Assembly (NCBI GenBank): GCA_036172245.1
Contig: JAYWIR010000028.1
Coordinates: forward strand, 1,984,001-2,048,000
Direction: 5' to 3'
DNA length: 64,000 bases
DNA from: Raillietiella orientalis
Lineage: Eukaryota
The notes under the pieces were generated by a model that was not told the DNA's origin, did no database searches, and worked only from the letters and a program-made list of their open reading frames with translations. The translations under genes were made by a program, and so were the position numbers. Position 1 is the stretch's first letter, and each line of letters begins with the position of its first letter. This document shows, piece by piece, positions 12,900-25,394 of the stretch.

Positions 12900-14400
12900 G
12901 AAAACATTGGAGCATCGGTGGCAGCCGGAAGTCAGAAGAGCCACTCGAGGAAGAGGAAACGGGAAATCAATGGTCCGTTTCTGAGCGGCGAAGGAGAGGG
13001 ACTTGCAAGGTTGAAATCCACGCGTGGGAGGATGGTCCGGGGTGTGCAGAAATTCGGCAGCGAAGAAGATCGATATGTGAAGGGGGAGCACTCGGCATGG
13101 AAACGGGGGGCAAGGGGGCGAGGGAGGGAGGGGGGAGTGAAATTCTCACGTAGCTTCTGAAGGAATTTCCGGAAGCTCTTCAAGAAGCGCTTCCACGGGA
13201 AGGGCAGGAGGAAGCGGAGGAAGAGCAGGAAGAGCGTGGAATGCTCAAACCACTTCCTGTAGATCGATGGCTCCATGGGGGTTTCGGAGATCCAGAACCA
13301 GCTTCGAAATTTCCCGCGATGGCGTTTTGATTTCTCCAAAGGACGCGATCCCATCCGGGAACCCGAGAGCGGCGGCGCACGTGCTAATAGCTCAGGGGGG
13401 TTTTCCCTTCCGCGGCGGCCAATTCGACTATCGCGCAAGATCCCGGTTTCAGGCACGCACGTGAATCGGGAAGCGATGGGGAGAACGAATCTCTTCTCCC
13501 CTCCCTCCTGCCCCCGATGGCTTCGCTGCTCTGATTCTGCAAGGGCTGGACGAGTGTCCCGCTTTCCTGGATTTTCCCATTCTGCCCCCCTCGGAAAGCT
13601 TAGCGGGCGAAACAGCAGCGGAGAGTTTCCCGTTTCCGTTTCGTCGAGCTGCCTTTTCCGGAAACAGCGCGCAGCAGCTTCCGTGCAGATGAAGCCGCTA
13701 CCGAGCACCTCCCACCCGCTTCCTTCTCCAGGATCAGAACGTTTCCGCGGCGGTGTTCTCCGTCGGCGCGCATCATCATCATCATCACCCTTCCCCTCTC
13801 TTTTTCCTTCTCCTCCACCCCCTCAAGGAGGCTAATTTTACGACGGAGCCGAGAATGGCCGCGCGGGCGATTGGACGGAGGGGACCCGTTGGCGGCCGAC
13901 ATGCTGATTAAGCGGAGCCTGCATGTTGGCGCTCATTATCTCCCTTCGCAGCGGCATCATGCTGACCGTGCACGGGGCCGGATCAAGATCTCATCACCGG
14001 ATGGATCTCGTCACCAACATAGCACGCATGGCTCTTCCTTCCCCCTCGCCCTCCTTCTGCTCGCTCAGGAGCCATCCGACGGGGATCTATGCCGCTCCCT
14101 GCGCCCGCTTAAGAAGTGAAATGTCCCTCCGGACTCCCCCCGCAACCTCACTGCCTACGCGGCCAGGTGTCCTTCGCGGGGAGAGGGAAGGCGACCAGTG
14201 CGCAGGCGCGTCCAGCGGCAAGCAGGCGGCCTCCGGGAAGCAGCGAAAGATCCACTCAGTCGGCGCGTCGCTTTCCCGGCGCCGCTTGCGGGGATCGGCT
14301 GCTGCGTCTTCTCCTTGCTCCTTTCGACGGTCTCGCTCTCTCCTTTCCATCCTACTCCGAGAGGAAAGGAATCCCGGGCTAAGAGACTCGATCCCGTCCG
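12900..14400 (+). mobile_element. Decayed LINE fragment (end of endonuclease to RT)
   Basis: SNHF (SDH-like, ~13245), then RWRFDFS (WKLNxS-like, ~13320) and HGSSFPLALLLLAQEP (RT QGxPLSPLLFxLAxEP-like, ~14030-14075). Confidence 0.5.
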
Positions 14401-14494
14401 TCCTCCTCATTGAAAAGATTCGAGGCTGAATAAAGGAAGCAAAGGGTTCTCCCCCCCCACCCTCCCTTTCCCCGGCTTCCCTACTGCCTTCACC

Positions 14495-14660
14495 TGTTTG
14501 GCGCCGTCGTCCTTGGCTGGCGAGCAGCAGGCATTCGACAGTGGTGGTGCTCCCTTGTTAGAGTTTGGGCGTTTGTCGAGCGGAACCGCCCGCAATTCGA
14601 ACCCGCGCTTCAAATAACCCGCAACCTTCAGCATGGGGCCGAGGCAGCTTTCGCCGCTAG
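14495..14660 (-). repeat. tRNA-derived SINE-like repeat, family B, copy 2
   Basis: A-box-like TAGCGGCGAAAG and B-box-like GGTTCGAATT on the minus strand, with a body similar to 9165-9300. Confidence 0.55.
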
Positions 14661-17600
14661 ACCCAGATTATTTGCGCTCGAGGGTGGTGTCTCGCGAGGC
14701 TACAGTGCTATTTGGGACTCTTGTCTTCAGGATCCGAAGCGCGGCCCGTCCCTCGACTGGGAGATTGCTTTCCTCCAAGCTTGGTTCTTCCCTCAACGAT
14801 TCCAGGTGCAAAAAAATCACCCACTTTCCTCGATTTTCATCCGAGCTGCGTTCTCTAAATTCCCTGGATAAAGTTGGTCCAGAGCGATTGAAGTCGCTCT
14901 GGGCCAACTTCGGTCGAAGAACCCCTCCGAGCCTCCTGAGCTCCGTTGGGAAGTCCCGGCGTGGTCCAGAGCACGGAGCATGATCTCAACCGAAGCGCAC
15001 CGGGAGGAATCCTCGAAGCCGGCCAGGCGGTTCCCTTTCACCTGACCACCCGAAAGCGTACCCTGATTCCGATCTCGCTGCTTCGAGCCAGAATCCGGAT
15101 GCGAATGAGGAGCACTTCCTGAAGACAACCATGGAGCCAAGTGAGGATGGAGGTCCTGGCATCTCCTGCTAATACGGCTCGGACGTTCCGCTCGTTTGGC
15201 AGGAAAAAAAAAAAAAAGCTTTACCCTACGCGCAGCCACTTCACCAGCTGCAGCAGACCCACACCTCTGTATCAGCTGCTGTGGTTAACCTGCGTCTCCG
15301 CCAAGCGACGACTCCTCTCTGGACGATGGGCGGGTGCGCGGTTGCAACACAGGCGAACGCCATGCGGGAGGGTCGCCCGAGTCCCTGCGCGCTCCTCCAA
15401 GTACTCTCTCCCTTGCCACGGCTTGCCTGGACGACTGGGTGCTGCCGGGCTTTTGCGGCGCGGAGACCACATCGCCTCGCCTTCCCGGCCCGGCCGCCCT
15501 CGAGAGGCAAGGATCGACCCTTTGGTCGTAACGGAGGGGCGGACGCCGGCCGGGTTTCGGCGGGGAAACCAGCTCGGGCCTCACTGTTTTCTCCGGGAAG
15601 GTGCTGCTCCTCTGCAAAAGCCGTTCCCCGGGAGTCCGTCCGCGAACAGGTGTTTGGCGCGCGTGAACGCGCGTCACGGGAACACGACGACGACGGATCG
15701 CCCTGCACCGATGCGACTCCAAGCGTCGGCGGCAGTCTCGCCAGCACATTGCGGGGTTCTCGGCGCGAGCGAAGAAGAGCCCATCGATTTGCTGCGGATG
15801 CCGGTGCCAAGGCCACCTTTTGTAACAGCTCCCTGTCCTCTTCGGCAAACCTCAGTCGACGATCGGCGGTTGGCTCAGTGAAGCGGGATAAAACGCCGTT
15901 CTTGTTCGTTCCCGATTCCTTCCGGAAACGTTGCAAATTACAGCGCGCCGAACGCAAGCCTTCCTCCCCCTCCCCCTCGCCCCCTCCCGAAAGCCACGAA
16001 AAGGAAAAAAAAATTCGCCTCCTCTCTTGACGACTAGGAATCGCCCCCGCAGCAGTTCCGATCCGCGACTGGACCCCGAGAAATGTGGTGAGTTTTGCCA
16101 TCCGGTATCCGACCACCTTGTGCCTCCTGCTTATCCTCCTTCGAAGCAGTTTGTTCAGGGTAACGCATGCCAACTGCAATTCAGGAGTGGAGAGAGAATA
16201 TAAATGTTGCTTATCTATAGATACGCGCAACTTAAGAGCGAGAGCACTTGTGCGACTTTCGTCCTGGAATCCGGGAATGGTTGTGATGTGAGGAAAGCGA
16301 GTTTTCCTTCCCGAAAAGAAAAAAGGAAAAGCAGTGAATTTCGTCAGTTCCTGTTTTCGAATGTGAGAAGATGCTGGAGCCGTTCGCACCCCACGTAGTG
16401 ACGGAAACAGCTGATCTTGGATATGAGTGGATTTGTGTTAGCGCCGGCGGCAGCAGAGTTCACCTCGCCCACCAAGAGGAAACGCAGCCAGACCGCTGAT
16501 CCCCATGGAAAACACCGTCCCTCGGCCCATTTCCTGCCCAGGTAATCTGAGAAAAAGTTGTTCCCGACGAGGTGTTTCCGCGAAGCTGCCCATCATTTCC
16601 GGCTGCCCCCGTCCAATGAAAAAGTCACCTCGTTGAGCGACGGACGCCAGTGGGCTCGCATTCGTAAACACGTAGAGCACGAATGGCAAGAAAGAGAGAG
16701 CAAAGCCCCCACTTATTGAGTCGGCACGTGTCGAGAAGGGACATTCCACCACGCTTCCTTGTACGGATCGTGTATAGAGAGGGTGGACTCGTGTGATAAT
16801 CTCTGCGTGTGAGTAGGTGCGTGCTGTGGCGTGTTGATGCCGACCTCATCTCATCCCATCATACGACCTGCACCATCTAATGAGTGAATTTAGGCAGACC
16901 TTCTTTTTTTTTTTGAAAGTGCAGCATGCCTTTTTCAAATACAGAGCGTCCCCACGTAGAGCGTGTGTCGGTTCGAACGCTACCCAAAGAACCCTTAATG
17001 TGCGTCATGGTCACCTACAAGTCCGCCCGCGGGGCGCCACAAAGCAGCGTCAGCACCACACGAGAGCAGAAGCGCTTTTCGATTCCAGAGCACTCATTGC
17101 AGGGCAAACACGAGTGATAACGAAGGGTGTTCAAACACCAAAACCGTTGAGTAAAGGAACCGTTGGGTTCGGGAGACCACCAGACGCGGGATTTCTGCTC
17201 CTGGCACGCCTGCTGGAACGAGCGGATGTGGTCCAGAGTGCACAAGGAATTCTCCATACGAAGGGAGAAATTCCCCGCCGTGAAGGCTCTCGAAGGAAAA
17301 AAAAAACTGAGCAGGAAATTCCCGATTCCGGGTAAACGAGTGAGTCGTCCAATTTGCCAGTCGTTCGGGACCAAATTCGTAAAGCCGTCTGAAACTTTCT
17401 ACGTCCTCTTTGATACTTCCTTTTAAAGTTTTAGGCAGGTCGCAGTTCTGGAACCACAGATAACTTTCGACGGAGTCTGCGATGTGATAAACTCTCCTTC
17501 CTGCCGGAAAGGATCCTCGAAAAGTTCCTTCATCCCCGCATTCATATTGCGATCCCAAATTTCAGTGTGGTAGATCGATATTCCCCGAAAGCGTTTAATT

Positions 17601-19924
17601 TATGGCGCTAACTTCACCGATGCTTGTTTTCCCGATTCCCGGTGTTCCGTAGCTGGAATGCTGGAAGAGGTACTCCAGGTATGACGTTGGAATCCGACAT
17701 CTCGCGATGAAGGAAGCGGAAATTCGTGCGAAAAAAAAAAAAAAAAAAAAACACTGCCGCTGCTGAAGCAGATTGACAGTTTGTGGCTTACGCGGTCGCG
17801 GGGTCAAAAAAAAGAAACGCGGTGGAAAGTATGGAATAGAAGGAAAGAAAAAAAGGCACGAAGCCTCGTGCGAGCGAATGTGAAAGAAGGAAGCAGAAAT
17901 GACGCCTACAAGGACGATTAACCATCAATTAAAAACAGGAGGGAGCTTCTTTCTTGACTTGGTCCTGCCTGGCATCGCAGACCGGGGACTCCATCTGGCA
18001 CCGCACGTACACGGTTTTCTACAAATCTAAAACTGTTTTCGTTTCGAACTCGGGTCGCAAGTGTTCCCTTTTCGTCCGTGTTGTTGCGTTCCAGTCGGAC
18101 GCTTCGATGAGACCGTCAAGGCGAGCTTCGGCGTGCACGTGTTCACATCCGACGTCGAGCACCTGAATAAAAAATTCCGATTACGAAATGCTTAACCGCT
18201 TTCGAGCTTTGAGGTCACAACGAAGCTCGCGATTCTGACCCCGCAGCCTGCCTCGTCCCCTTCGGTTCAACACGTTGGAGGCCGTTGCCATAGGCGTGCG
18301 GTTTCAAATAAGGGCAGATGATCAGCAAAGGACCGAATCCCCGAACAGGCACACACGTTGTCAGTGAGCTGTAGGGTCGCGGACACCCATCGACTGAATG
18401 TGTCTGTACGGTCGCTGTTTTGTACGCAAGTGGTGTTTACGAAAGGAATTCATCCCACCGCTTGTTGGATCTGTGAGATGTTAGGCTGCACGCAAGAGCG
18501 ACCAATGCATTCGCTTACGTCACAGACTTCTTTGTTTTGGATTTTCCCTATGGAGAGGCATTGAGGAGATACTTCTTCTGTAGCTCAAGGAGAAATTTGG
18601 TTTCTGTGTGCATCTGTGGAACCTTGTCTCGTGCCCCAGTGTTCTTGTCAAGCGCACCTTAATATTTCTCTGCAGCTGCATGCTGGATACGGGAATATGC
18701 AATCCTGAAAGCAGCAGGAAGATTCGGCCTTACTTGAATCCGGGAGGCAGTGGCTTTCATGAGAAAATTTCGGATGAATCTCCACGGAGGATCGAGCCAC
18801 AGAAGGGACCGAAGTGTATGGGGGATGATGATGCTCTGAATTCCGTCGTAATGAGCTGTGAAGAGGAGTCCTTCCGGTTTCCTTCTTGGATCTCCTGGAC
18901 GGGCGCAAAAAGCATTATCTGCGGCTGTTTGATGTCTGCTAAAGTGTGTGCAGAAGCACTTCGTTCGAAAAGACACCGCACGAGCGAGCAGTGGCAACTC
19001 GAAGCGTACACAGCACACTCTCTGATTCAGCGGGGCACGGGAACGCGGAAGTTTTCGGAAACGCCCGGAAGCCTCCCGCCACCAGATTCGGGAAATTCAG
19101 GTTGGCGAACGGGCGAAATTTCCCCGAGACGTGGTTTCTTGGATCCCCCCCCCCCCCCGTTCGTCGCGGAGGAAAATTGTACTAATTGGATGACCACGCA
19201 GCAGTACAGTTGTCAAGGGTCAGTATCCCGAACGGGAAAACTGAAACTTCCAGCGGTGGACCCGGGGAGGGGGGAGGGGGCTAAGGTGAGAACCGAAAGA
19301 AGGAACTCTTCGAACTTCATCGTTTCCTATCATCTCATCTTTCACATGTCCGTACTTGACTTCATCCCGTTGCCTGACGCAAGAAGAACAAAACTTCGGG
19401 AAGCTTCCATTCACAATTTGGAGGTCGGTGCACTGTGATAAAGAGACACACAGAGGAGTGGAAGAAAAAAATGTAGGAATGGAGCAAAACAGCGAGGCGC
19501 AAAGAAGCGCTGTGGATTCTTGGCCTCGGTAGGAGAACCAGTTTGACCTGGACCTCGACATCTGACCCAGGCAAACGATAACCTAAGCGGTTGTTGGCTT
19601 TAACTCACAAACACAATTTCCAGAGCCACCTCAAGAAGGCAAAGTGATTTTTCTTTGTGGCGCTGTCTTCTTGTTGGTGCTGCCTACTATGGGGAAGCTT
19701 TCCGAGTGAATGACCTTTTCTTGATTTTCTCTCCATGTGTCTGTTTGCTTGCTTTCCTTTTCTCTTTGGGCACACCATAAATACATTGCATTCGAGCATT
19801 TCACTAATTGCAAAAACACAAGTGTGTTTATCATTTTGCAATTAGCAAAATGATAAACACTCTCGCTTTTTCTGTGGCGTTCACTCCCTCTTCACTGCCG
19901 TCTGATACCATGCAGAGTTGATTC

Positions 19925-20700
19925 TTGGTATCGAATTTTCAGCAGCCCAAATTTCCTCGACCGATGTCTCCTACATCTCTGGTTGACTGTCGCATCCCGC
20001 TTTGGGGATGCCTCGTCGCATGGAGGTGGCTCAGTGCTTGTTCGACCCGTGTCTTTGAGCTCAACCCGTGTCCGCAAGGAATTTCGCGTCTCTTGCCACT
20101 GCCGATTGCGGTTTCTGAATCGTATTGGGGATCCTTAACCCATCATTGGCCGACCCATCGGGAAGGAACGCGGCAAACGGCGGAGACAAAACAGAAGAGT
20201 TGCACCACTGCAGTGCATCATCTGCGTTGCACATGGAATAAACATTTGAATCGGTTTCCGTGGAAGCAGGCTGTGCGTGGGAACTGCGTGATGGCCAAAG
20301 GCCGTGAAGCTGTGGGGAAGCAAGGGGTGTGACACTGAGAGCAGCTTGATACACTGCGGATGTGACGATGAGATGCAACCACACGAATCTTCCCCTTCCC
20401 AGGCAAAGGTACGAGAACACGAAGATGCGTCCTGCGAGCGCATGGATATCAATCCCTAAACCTCTGGAATAACTGCATGCTCTAACCTCGTGATTGGTAT
20501 CGCATCTTCCCTTTCCGCAACCCACGCCAAACCTCTCGCATACCACCAACACAACAATCCCGTGGTCACCTTACGCAGGTTCACGCCGTGTGGACCGCGC
20601 ACTACTTTCTCGCTTTGCTGGACAGATGACCTCCCTACAACTCGAATGCATCACCCTCGGAGAAGCGTGCCGCAGGTAGTGCCACCCGATCCAGGAGCCC
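19925..20700 (+). mobile_element. Possible second DIRS-like RNase H/methyltransferase relic
   Basis: Weak echoes of DIRS motifs: LWGCL, RVFEL, AVHHLRCTWNK, DVTMRCNHTNLP. Very degenerate. Confidence 0.25.
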
Positions 20701-23700
20701 TCCGCATACCCTTGCTGCCTTCCTGTTTGTGCTAAGCTCTTCCTTGGCAGCGCACGCATCTGAGAAGGCTTTCACTCTCCTCTTTGGGGAGGCATCTTCC
20801 GCTCACGAGCTGACTCTCTTAGAACGCTGCGTTCGTGGGACTCGTGGAAGCTTCTCGAATGCAGAATCCTCAAACGGCGAGCCCAGCTCACCCTGTGAAC
20901 GCGCACCCGGTGAGCATGCTCGCAACATTTCCTGGAAGAAACTCGCATCCTGCTGGCTGCTCGCGTTCGTGAGTTCGTAGTGCTTTTTTCGGAGTCGGGT
21001 TTTTGCGATGGGTCACACCACTGGCATAGCTCCAGGGTGGATCAGGAAGCAGATTCGGTTCTAAAAGAGTGTCTTCTGGCGTCACCCTGAAGCTCATCGG
21101 TACGCTACAAGAGCACTGGCTGTGTCGCGGGTGTTAGCTATTTCTCGTTACGGTTCTGTCCCTATCAAACTGACCGCTGACCTGCACGCCAGCAAGCATC
21201 GCGAAGCCTGGAGCAAACACGAACAACCCCTCGCTCTAATTCGAGAGCGAGAATCTCTCACGCCACAGCTAAAATGCACGCAGAAGAACTGTCGAACGGG
21301 AAAGCCACCCTTCGGGTGTCGGGGGCTGACAGATCTCGAGACGAAACGTGCTGCGAGATCTAATCTCGTGGAAGGACTATCGTGAAAGTCACACATGCCC
21401 ATGTAATATAACCAACATCTGCCAAGTCCGGACTGCATAGTTGGAATGGACACACTTGTCTGGGATTGGATTCCGGGGCTGGTTCCCATTTCGAGCCAAA
21501 CCGGATGCGCGCGCGTTCCTCAGGAAAGGAGGAAGGCAGGCGTTTCTGGTTTGTCCCATTGGACCAGGGGAGAAGAAATTCCGTCCGTGCCCGGTCGCGA
21601 AAGGTTCTCCGGCCACGTCGACGCCAGTACCCATCCTCCCTCCTCTCTGTTGCCACGCACGATTGGGCATTTTGTATTACATCATCGGATTTCGTGGAGA
21701 TGAAAAGCGCTTCCATTTCCTTTTAAGAAAAGCTCACCGATCGGTTGAAAGGTATCGTTGTTGGAGGGTCACATCAGTCGCAGCGATTCGAAAAGATAGA
21801 TGAGGAAGAAAAAAAATTGGGTGTGCCTCCCTCCACCTTGCAAAATAATTTCTCTTTCCAAAATGAAGTCAGAGGTAAACACCGAATGTTTGACCAGCTG
21901 ATTCTGCAACGAGACTGATTAATTAGTTCTCCTTTCCATCACGTGACCATTCCCGCTTTATCCGAGGTGTGCTTTCCCGATGACTATGTGCCCTCCTCCC
22001 ATTTTCGAGTCAGGGTTTCTGATCGATTCTTCTCAGTGCGTACTCTGCCTATCGGGTTTCACTGTGGAAGCTACCCGAAGAAGTGGGTTGATGCGTGAAA
22101 CACCAGCATCAGGGGAGCGTTAGCGTACCTGGAAGAAGGGGGCGTTAGCGTTGGTATATGGGCACGGATGCTCTCGAATCCTCCGTGTGCATGCACGCAC
22201 CCGGAGGTCACGTGCCCCAGGGGAAGGAGGAGTCCAAAGGGGTGGGTGGGTGTTTCGGGTTTCAATACCCCCACCCTCCTCTCCTCTCCCCTCCCCCAAC
22301 CGTTGCCATAGAAACTCGCATCCGGAAGACGGACTTTCGAGAGCCTTGGCTTGGAGCTGCCTCCGTACTCCGGGGTCTCCATCCATCTGCTCATGATGTG
22401 CTCCGTACGCAAATTCGATCCCGACCAGGCAGTTTGAATCTCTCGGGAAATTCCAGTCAAATGCGTTTTTCTATTCTTTTCTTCTTCCTTTTCTTTCTTT
22501 TTTTTTTCTGTTATCGTGGAGTGTGGAATTGGTTGCATCGAAACCAAGTGATCCATTGCTCCAGTGACTGAACGAGGGCGCACGAGAAAGCGATCGCCTG
22601 CAATGACAACGGGTTGTTTCCTTATGGTAATTGATTACTGCGCGCAAAATCATGATGATGATGTTCTCTGAAATAACCCTGAATTCTGAAAATAACTCGC
22701 ATCATGTACCACATATAAGTTTCACTGGCTTACAATCAGTTGACTGCAGAAATCGACGTTTAATGAAACATCTGTAGCAATCTGCAAATGATTAAGTGCT
22801 TTAATTTATGAACACTGGAAATGTTTAGAATATTAATAAATGCATAATATTCTGTAATTTGGGGAGGGTAGATGAATCCTGCAAAAAAAAAAAAAAAAAA
22901 AATTGTAATTGGTTAAACTCGTCGAAAATGAAACGAAGGGGTTGAAGCGATTTCGTCTGCAGTTCTTAGCAGCGACGCGTTCCCAACCGGGATAAAAGTA
23001 GGGAGCATTCCGAGATGCCGGAAGCCTTCATCTTGTTCAGCTGCCTGGAAGAAAGTCCGAGCCGTCTTCCTGCCTTGCCAACGTGCAGTGCAAAACTTGC
23101 AAAACTTGACACACCCTGCGTGTCAAGTGTTGCAGATTTTATGTGGCGAGGGTTCTACAAGAACTCGAATGTTCATTCCGTTTCCCTTTCCTGATTAACG
23201 TAGATAAGCAAAACTGAAACGGTGCTGCTAGGAAACGCCTGAAGGCTTCCCCCGTCATCACCACTCCCTCCCTGCTTCCCCCGCTGTCTGCTATCGTTTC
23301 GTCACTCACCGTCTCAGTCACTTAACTGAATGGGGAGAATTCTGGATGGAGGCGCTGCGCTGTCCGGATGTGAGCGCACGGATGCGTTGCTTCGCGACCG
23401 ATTTGCCGTTTCTTTCGCAGTCCAGGTTAATCCGCAGGAGACCGTGCACAGGAGATCTCGCCGTGGGATGTGCTTCACTCCGCGGGGTGGGCGGTGCCTC
23501 TTCGTAGCGTCTGCGGGCGAAGACAGGGGGACTGCATGGTCGTTGCGGGTGTCCGTGCTGGACGAGGAATGCAGTCATCGCTGCAACCCTTTCGCAAGAA
23601 GCTGGTCGCGGAATCGGATCAGAGAGGGAGATCAGTCTTCCGTGCATCGAAGCTTTTATGCGGGTTAGCATATGCTCGGCAACGTCGAAATCCTCTCCGA

Positions 23701-25042
23701 AATCCGGGATGATTCATCTTGATCAAGTCGAAGGAGAGATATGGCTCGTCGTCCACTCAGTAATTGATGCCGACACGAGGATGAGCGGAACACGTTCGGA
23801 GGAGGAGGAGGAGATGAGGTTGGAAGAAAGTGTTGCGGCAGGAGGCGGAATACGGAGAGAAAGAAGTCCGTGCAGGGGGAGGTGGCGCCCCTGGCTCCGA
23901 AGAAAGAGCGCTCTTGTTCGCAGCCTGGCAACAGAATGGGAAAAAGACTTCTTTTTTTTTTGTTGTTGTTGTTGTTGAAAATGGAGCCGGGGTCGGCACG
24001 GATGATCTCAACACATGCTCAAAGAGAACGCGGCTGAAGAATTTGCTGCTCGAGAGCGGGCAAGGTCCCGCAAGGAACCCGAACTTTCGGTACATCCGGA
24101 AAAAAAACGAACCCGTGGTGGAGTTTGGGACTCACTCCAAGTCGAGCAGAACTTCTCAGGTGTTTCCCTTCTTTGGCGGAGCCTTGGATGAATCACTTCC
24201 GCAGTGCTGATCAGCAGTGCGAAGCGCGTGCGCGCGCCATGTTGGAATTTGCGGGTTGACCGTCCTAGGAAACACGGGAGAAAATCGAACAGGAAGCTGA
24301 GGAAAAGACCATCTCCTTAGCACCCAAGGTGATGGTTCGGGAAAGAAAAGGACACGGCGTTGGGGGGGGGAGGAAAAAAAAAAAAACAGGTTGGAGAGGG
24401 AAGCCGGATGGAGAGCGCAACATCCAAGCTGCTGAGAAAAATCTTCCGGGCGACGGATGCTCGCTCTGGAAAACGCTGCAGTTCCGGTACGTGCTCCCCC
24501 ATTAGGTCATCCTGCTCGCCTCGGTGGCGATGGACACTCGAGGAAGGGGCTGCGGAACACGGTCTGACCGTATTCCTCCAAGTGTGGGCAGTTTCCGCTT
24601 GGGGCGCTGTTCCCGCGTGCCGTGACAATTCGTTGCCGAAATGCGACGCACCTGAAGGTCTGCGCACGCGATGGCTGCTGCTCAGAGGGTGACTGCTGAC
24701 CGCCGTAGATGGCGGCCAGCCGGTGCCGCGTGACTGCGGGTTGCCTTCGACACCCATCCACTTCACGGCACCGTTACCAAGGCAACTTCCGCTCAGTCCC
24801 TACGCGGCGTGGAATTCGCTTTCCAGTGCTCTCAAGGGACTCGTCCGCTTCCCGTCCGCTGCATCGCTCGAATCATGAAACGTGGGAACTGCGCACGGTT
24901 TCTAAGGGGGGAGGTGGTCCTCCCGTCTCGTCCGTCCGTGCATCGTGCTCTGCAAAGTCGCTTCGTCTTCTCCTTCCGCAAGGGAAGAGGACGAAGAAAC
25001 GCAGGGTTGCCAAGGGAGCGGTCTGAAATGTCTGTTGCAGGT

Positions 25043-25358
25043 ATGTTCACGAGGACGCTGAGGGGGAAGCTGTCCGAACCAGGCCTCTTTGCTTACGGCG
25101 CACTGTGCGCCATGTCTTTGAGACACCTCTTCTGCAACGAGTGGGACCGCGAGTACTGCCTTCAGCACATCGAGTACTTCGTTCAGGACTTCGATCTACC
25201 ACCCCAGGTGAGCGGAAATCCCCCAGATTTTTCCTTCCTTTTCTCCTCGGAGGTCGGATCGCTCGTAGCGGAAATCTGCCCGAGGGGGCGACTTGGTGCG
25301 TTTCCTCCGGTCACGAAATATCTCATCGATGCGCACGCGCAGTAAACATAAGGCTGCA

Positions 25359-25394
<36 letters not shown>

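Noticed and set aside
15241..16389. 382-aa minus-strand ORF and overlapping plus-strand ORFs
   Set aside because: Arg/Ala/Ser/Pro-rich in all frames with no family motif; probably decayed repeat sequence.
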